Part shown: one piece after another, positions 59,538 through 64,000 of the stretch
Layout of the letters: each line of letters opens with the position of its first letter
How positions within the stretch are numbered: position 1 is the first letter of the stretch
Assembly: GCA_026394715.1 (NCBI GenBank)
Contig: JAPKXR010000229.1
Coordinates: 628-64,627, forward strand
DNA length: 64,000 nt
From: Methanomicrobiales archaeon
GTDB lineage: Archaea; Halobacteriota; Methanomicrobia; Methanomicrobiales; Methanospirillaceae
Direction of reading: 5' to 3'
Notes under the pieces: model-generated
The model's database searches: none
Told to the model about the DNA's origin: nothing
The model's input: only the letters and a program-made list of their open reading frames with translations
Position numbers and translations under genes: made by a program

Positions 59538-60803
59538 TCACACCCGTATCATATCTGCACACGCGTCCATCTTCTCCCGGAAGTCTTTCTGGAACGCCAC
59601 CACCCGCTCGGCAGTGTCCTTCTTGCACTGCCCGCAGGTGACCTCCCCGGCCGTGCATTTCCTTCGTATCTCCGCAAGTTCTGTATCGTCCGTTACCATG
59701 TGGAAGAGGTTGAGGAGGAATATCGAGCATTTTTCCGGCTCGCCGCCAAGGCGTTTCTGCTCTTCAAGGGTCATCCTTCCGCCGGTGATCCCGCTCATCA
59801 CCTTCTTTCTCACCGTGGCCTCGGGCTCGTAGAAGGAGATGATACTCTCGGGGATACTCGAGGACATCTTCCCGCCGGTAAGACCGGGCATGAAGATATG
59901 GTACGTGGACGAGGGGGTGTAGAAGGCAAACCCGCCGTGTGCCCGCTCGATCTCCCGCACGGTTGCGGCAACGTTCGTGCACTGCGCTCCCTTGATATCA
60001 ACATGCCCTGCATATTTCTTTGCATGAGGGAATGCTTTCCTGACCGCCTCGAGCGCTTCCTCCGGTGCATTTTTGGAGCGGACACTGATGTAGCCGTCCC
60101 GCTCCTCAATCGTGAACATCCTCATCTTGTGGGCGATCCCCCGGGTAAGCCGGATATGCGGGTCCTGGTCAATCCCGACGGGCACCAGCGTCGGTGCCGG
60201 CTCGCGGTCGATTTGCGGGTAGAGGATGTCGGCCACCTGCGTAATCACGCTGTCAGCGTGGGCAAGGTCGGTATCAGCACCAAAACCGTAAATTGCCGCA
60301 AGTTCCGAGAAGTTCACCTTGGTCGCCGCCTCGAATGCAAGGTCCTTGAGCCGGTCGTTTCTGCTCTGGAAGTAGGTCTGCCCTTCAAACCCCAGCGCGT
60401 AGAGACAGGAGAGGTACTCCTTCCCAAACTCGTTGCATTTTTCCCATGAGAGGCCACGGACCGCATGGGCCTCCCGGTCAGCAATCGTGATGTACCCATT
60501 TCCACCCTGCCGGACATGCCATACGACCTCTTTCATCACCATCAGGTGGCCAAGATGCGGGTGACCGGATGGCATGAACCCGGTCAGGATATGAAACTGG
60601 CGGCGGTTGTGTATTGCGTCAGCGATTACCTGATAATCACGATGCCCGAGGACGATCCCCCGGCGGATAAAGTACGGGACTTCGGGCAGCTTAGCGATTG
60701 CGTCCCCAATCGGCGAAATGCCGAATTCGGAGAATGTTTTCTCGATCTCAAGCGAAGGCTGACTCGACCATGGGTTGATCTCCGGGGACATAACGGTGGG
60801 CAC
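59538..60803 (-). CDS. trpS: Tryptophanyl-tRNA synthetase (archaeal/eukaryotic type) with Cys-rich C-terminal motif
   Basis: 421 aa. INPW...EKTFSEFG...FIRRGIVLGHRD...ILTGFMPSGHPHLGHL parallels the eukaryote/archaeal TrpRS N-terminal layout. KMSSS at aa 312-316. C359-x23-C383-x6-C390-x2-C393. Confidence 0.9.
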   Translation of the reverse strand: MPTVMSPEINPWSSQPSLEIEKTFSEFGISPIGDAIAKLPEVPYFIRRGIVLGHRDYQVIADAIHNRRQFHILTGFMPSGHPHLGHLMVMKEVVWHVRQGGNGYITIADREAHAVRGLSWEKCNEFGKEYLSCLYALGFEGQTYFQSRNDRLKDLAFEAATKVNFSELAAIYGFGADTDLAHADSVITQVADILYPQIDREPAPTLVPVGIDQDPHIRLTRGIAHKMRMFTIEERDGYISVRSKNAPEEALEAVRKAFPHAKKYAGHVDIKGAQCTNVAATVREIERAHGGFAFYTPSSTYHIFMPGLTGGKMSSSIPESIISFYEPEATVRKKVMSGITGGRMTLEEQKRLGGEPEKCSIFLLNLFHMVTDDTELAEIRRKCTAGEVTCGQCKKDTAERVVAFQKDFREKMDACADMIRV

Positions 60804-60849
60804 GGTTCCTGTGATATAGTTATGATGCGTATCGGATCATGTAGATAGT

Positions 60850-62004
60850 TCAGAGTTTTATCCGGGCAAATTCGATATAGTGAATGCCTGCAGTATGTAC
60901 GCAGCCAAACAACATCTTCTTTTTCACACTGTGTGAGAGGCGGACCGACCGTGAAATGGTGCTCATCGGCATCGCACCCGCCGTGGCAACGGCATGGACG
61001 AGCATCTCCGAGTGGACCTTTGTACCGGTATACACCCTGAAATGATGACCGAACTTGTACCCGGTCTTCGGGGTATAGCCATGCTCCCGCAGGTCGCCGT
61101 AGACCAGCACCTTTTCCCCCATCTCCAGGTCTGAAATTGTTGCAATCTGCAGGTATTCGTCCCTGGTCACGGGTTTTCCCTCGCAGACAAGTGCCAGGGA
61201 TCCTGCCTGCATCAGGTAAAGGGTCTCAAGCGACGACAGGACTAACCGTGTACGGTCAAATCGCATACCGAAAGAGCCTACCAGGGAGCCGGTTGAACCC
61301 GGGATTGGGGTTTCGGGAGATGGACACGGGGGGGGGCCGGATGACCCCTCCTGAGTACCCTGCCCGGGTATTGCCGTGGCGGCCCTGGATTGTTTGCCGG
61401 GCTGCAGTTCTTCCGGCGGGGGGACACACCTCGTATCGTCCGGGACGGACAGGACTGCAGATCTTCCACATAACGTACCTTTCAATGGTCCGGGGGTGAC
61501 AGGCGGTCCGATCTCCGGGAGGGACGGCACCTTGATCTCGTAGTAGGTGAGCTCATTTTCATCATCAACCACGGCGAGAACGTGCTGTTTTCTCATATGC
61601 GCAGATGCGGAAAACTCCCGCACCAGTACGCCGAAATCGATCATGTCACGTTCTGACAGGACACGGACCATGTACTTTGACTGCCCGGTACCAGGCCGTT
61701 CCCCCCGGCGAAACACCCTGAAATCATGGGGCCCGGTCTGTACCGCATACCCCCTCTCGCGGAGGTCCCGGTACACGAGGTAACTCCGCAGGAAGTTGGG
61801 TTCTGTTGTAAACGCAGACAATAGCCGGTCAAAATCAAACCCCGGGATTTCAATACGGTTCCGGTGGATGAGATAGAGCGCCTCAACCGGGGCAAGACGG
61901 AGCTGTGAGCCATCCTTCTCAGGCCTCCCATACCCGCTCTGCTCGTAGAGCACCCTCGCATCTTTTCCAAGCCGGACTTCCTTGCCGTCGAACTGCGCTT
62001 TCAC
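60850..62004 (-). CDS. endA: tRNA-splicing endonuclease, two-repeat (alpha-prime-2) type
   Basis: 384 aa. The C-terminal catalytic repeat is YGDLREHGYTPKTGYKFGHHFRVY...HSEMLVH...SVKKKMLF (Y/H/K triad context). The degenerate N-terminal repeat is YRDLRERGYAVQTGPHDFRVF. Confidence 0.88.
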   Translation of the reverse strand: MKAQFDGKEVRLGKDARVLYEQSGYGRPEKDGSQLRLAPVEALYLIHRNRIEIPGFDFDRLLSAFTTEPNFLRSYLVYRDLRERGYAVQTGPHDFRVFRRGERPGTGQSKYMVRVLSERDMIDFGVLVREFSASAHMRKQHVLAVVDDENELTYYEIKVPSLPEIGPPVTPGPLKGTLCGRSAVLSVPDDTRCVPPPEELQPGKQSRAATAIPGQGTQEGSSGPPPCPSPETPIPGSTGSLVGSFGMRFDRTRLVLSSLETLYLMQAGSLALVCEGKPVTRDEYLQIATISDLEMGEKVLVYGDLREHGYTPKTGYKFGHHFRVYTGTKVHSEMLVHAVATAGAMPMSTISRSVRLSHSVKKKMLFGCVHTAGIHYIEFARIKL

Positions 62005-62232
62005 GTTCTATATGGATACGTTGTTTTCCTTTATAAGTGACAACACCGCCGGGAACACGTTCACCGCTGCCCGGAATGCGGGATGTACTTTTTTCCAGGG
62101 CAATTTATACGGTTTTGGTATTCCCTGCCCGTATTCCCGGACAGTGGACCAACAACCAGCCATATCCAAGGCATTTATTCAGACGGTACCAGGCATTCCG
62201 CATACATTTTATCCTGCACCCGGCCAGAGTCA

Positions 62233-62916
62233 TCACCAGGGACTTTCGGAGTCCCGGGTCGCATGAAGATACCCAAGAAGCCCGAGCGGGGCATGAGTTG
62301 GCATGTAATCCACCTGGAAATTGTAATTACGGCTGATATAATCAAGAAACCGGGGATTGGGAGGCCCGCTTATGGGAGGGAGATGAAGTTCCATCTCTAT
62401 CCGGCGTATCGGCCCAAGATCTTTTGGGTCTATCAGCCACTCTGCTCCTTCACAGTCACATTTAAGAAAATCGCAACCCCCCGTCATGCCGATAATCGTT
62501 TTCAATGAAACGGTCTGCATGTCCTTGCGTACTCCGTCCCAGCTGATGCCCTGAATATTCCCACCCCCTAATGCGCATTCCAGCACGGTGACAGAAACAT
62601 CGTTCAATTGGATATTTTGTTGCAGGATCTCGCTGGTGAGAGGCTCTACCGCATAAACAAATGAAGAATAATATGCCGCCCTGATACAGAAAGCCCCGAC
62701 GTTTGCACCAATATCAACGACGATATCGTCTTTTCTGATATCGGAAAACCGGTACTCGGGGACTTCGTAAATCTGGCGGTAACCGGTGGGGACATTCATA
62801 AACCGGATATTGTCCCGTGTACTGATGGTTGAGAGTTCTTGTCCTGGTTTAGAAAACTCTTTCTTACCCACCAGATCCGGAAGAGAAGTTCCGGTTTCAG
62901 CCATTTCCAATGACAT
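62233..62916 (-). CDS. FkbM-family methyltransferase
   Basis: 227 aa. Contains VVDIGANVGAF and ...FLKCDCEGAEW. Confidence 0.8.
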   Translation of the reverse strand: MSLEMAETGTSLPDLVGKKEFSKPGQELSTISTRDNIRFMNVPTGYRQIYEVPEYRFSDIRKDDIVVDIGANVGAFCIRAAYYSSFVYAVEPLTSEILQQNIQLNDVSVTVLECALGGGNIQGISWDGVRKDMQTVSLKTIIGMTGGCDFLKCDCEGAEWLIDPKDLGPIRRIEMELHLPPISGPPNPRFLDYISRNYNFQVDYMPTHAPLGLLGYLHATRDSESPW

Positions 62917-62942
62917 CGTTCGCGGACCCGCACCACATAGGT

Positions 62943-63809
62943 CTAGTCTCCTGCCAGTTTGATTGCCTGTTTCTCCTTAATGAAGGTCCCCACCTGGTAT
63001 TCAGAAAATGCCTGCCTGAGTTCCTCCTGTGTATTCATCACAATTGGGCCACCCCAGGCCACAGGCTCCCCGAGAGGTTTCCCGGAAAAAAGCAGGAACC
63101 GCAATGGACCGGTATGAGAAACGGCGTTCACCTCATCACCATCACCAAGGAGCAGCAGGTCACGGTTTCCAACGGGAGTCCCGGGGATATCCCCGAATGT
63201 CCCGGTCCCTCCGGTCACATACACTACAACAGTATCTCCTTTTCTTGTGGGACAGGTGAATTTGGCCCCTTCTTTCATGCTGATATCAAAATAAGACGGG
63301 GACGTGACAATATCCTGCACCGGGCCCCTGACCTCCCCAAATTCACCACTAATGACCTTTACGGATACGCCCGGTACTGGTGTCATAGTTGGGATCCGGG
63401 GTTCTTTTACTTCCTGGTAACGGGGAGCCATCATCTTATGGGACTTTGGCAAATTCACCCAGAGCTGAAATCCCCCCATTCTGCCATGTACGGGCTTCGG
63501 CATCTCCTGGTGGATAATCCCCGACCCGGCCGTCATCCACTGGACATCCCCGGCACTGACAACCCCTGCATTGCCCATGCTGTCCCCGTGTTCAACATTT
63601 CCCTCGAGCATATAGGTAACCGTCTCGATCCCCCGGTGCGGGTGCCACGGGAACCCGCGAAGATAATCCTTCGGGTTATCGCCGGCACGAAAGTCATCAA
63701 GCATCAGGAACGGGTCGAAAAGCGGGACTTCCCCGTACCCGAATGCCCGGTGAAGATGTACACCGGCCCCTTCAATTGTTGCATATGCCCTTGAATACCT
63801 GCCTGACAC
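62943..63809 (-). CDS. Pirin-family protein (bicupin)
   Basis: 288 aa. Contains GFPWHPHRGIETVTYMLEG, ...HGDSMGN and ...WMTAGSGIIHQE. Confidence 0.9.
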   Translation of the reverse strand: MSGRYSRAYATIEGAGVHLHRAFGYGEVPLFDPFLMLDDFRAGDNPKDYLRGFPWHPHRGIETVTYMLEGNVEHGDSMGNAGVVSAGDVQWMTAGSGIIHQEMPKPVHGRMGGFQLWVNLPKSHKMMAPRYQEVKEPRIPTMTPVPGVSVKVISGEFGEVRGPVQDIVTSPSYFDISMKEGAKFTCPTRKGDTVVVYVTGGTGTFGDIPGTPVGNRDLLLLGDGDEVNAVSHTGPLRFLLFSGKPLGEPVAWGGPIVMNTQEELRQAFSEYQVGTFIKEKQAIKLAGD

Positions 63810-64000
63810 GTCGCACCTTTACCATACAGGACAACGGTATTGTAATCCTATGAATTTTTGTATTGATCCCCCGGTTTGTTTGGTTGTTGCTGGATAACCA
63901 ACCTCAACATATTCACTATCCGGAACGGTTCATTCCCCTCTCCCGTAATGCATGGTAAAAAGCGTAATATATTCATCGGCATAACAGTTTGAATCGCATA

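Noticed and set aside
59244-60449. 401-aa ORF on the + strand
   Set aside because: It lies entirely antisense to the well-supported pheS 5' end and trpS. Its composition is Pro/Arg/Gly/Leu-rich, as expected of a shadow frame in GC-rich coding DNA, and it has no recognisable motif.
62910-63794. 294-aa ORF on the + strand
   Set aside because: It is antisense to the pirin gene, whose translation has clear family motifs, so it is a shadow ORF.

Overview
This window is a dense, mostly housekeeping chromosomal segment of a euryarchaeal methanogen, probably Methanomicrobia-like. The organism call rests on the archaeal r-protein/RNAP operon, Top6A/B, the F420 genes cofG/cofC/cofE, the archaeal mevalonate pathway with isopentenyl-phosphate kinase, a two-repeat EndA and a minimal NifB. 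I support about 62 CDS, 2 tRNAs (Ser-GCU, Pro-CGG), one apparently intact IS1634-like element with 22-bp imperfect terminal inverted repeats, and a 1.9-kb AT-richer gene-decay tract that seems to hold an IS200/IS605-type tnpA relic. I found no rRNA, no CRISPR array and no recognisable defence system. All family calls come from motif recognition by eye, with no database search.

The things most worth a second look are:
- A translationally coupled five-gene operon made only of CBS-domain (AMPK-gamma-like) proteins. It shares a divergent control region with a conserved, uncharacterised GTPase/DUF2073/Zn-ribbon triad.
- A divergent HTH-V4R regulator and HTH-PAS sensor kinase pair. It resembles the Methanosarcina Msr/MsmS-type atypical two-component modules but lies outside a methyltransferase context.
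- A larB-nadM ATGA-coupled pair, in which the NaAD producer sits next to the NaAD consumer.
- A TrpRS with a C-x23-C-x6-C-x2-C (putative 4Fe-4S) motif and a ~60-aa insertion, inside an endA-trpS-pheS-pheT string.
- A glyA-folD-folP-like-cofE operon in a methanogen, with an IS inserted in its upstream region.
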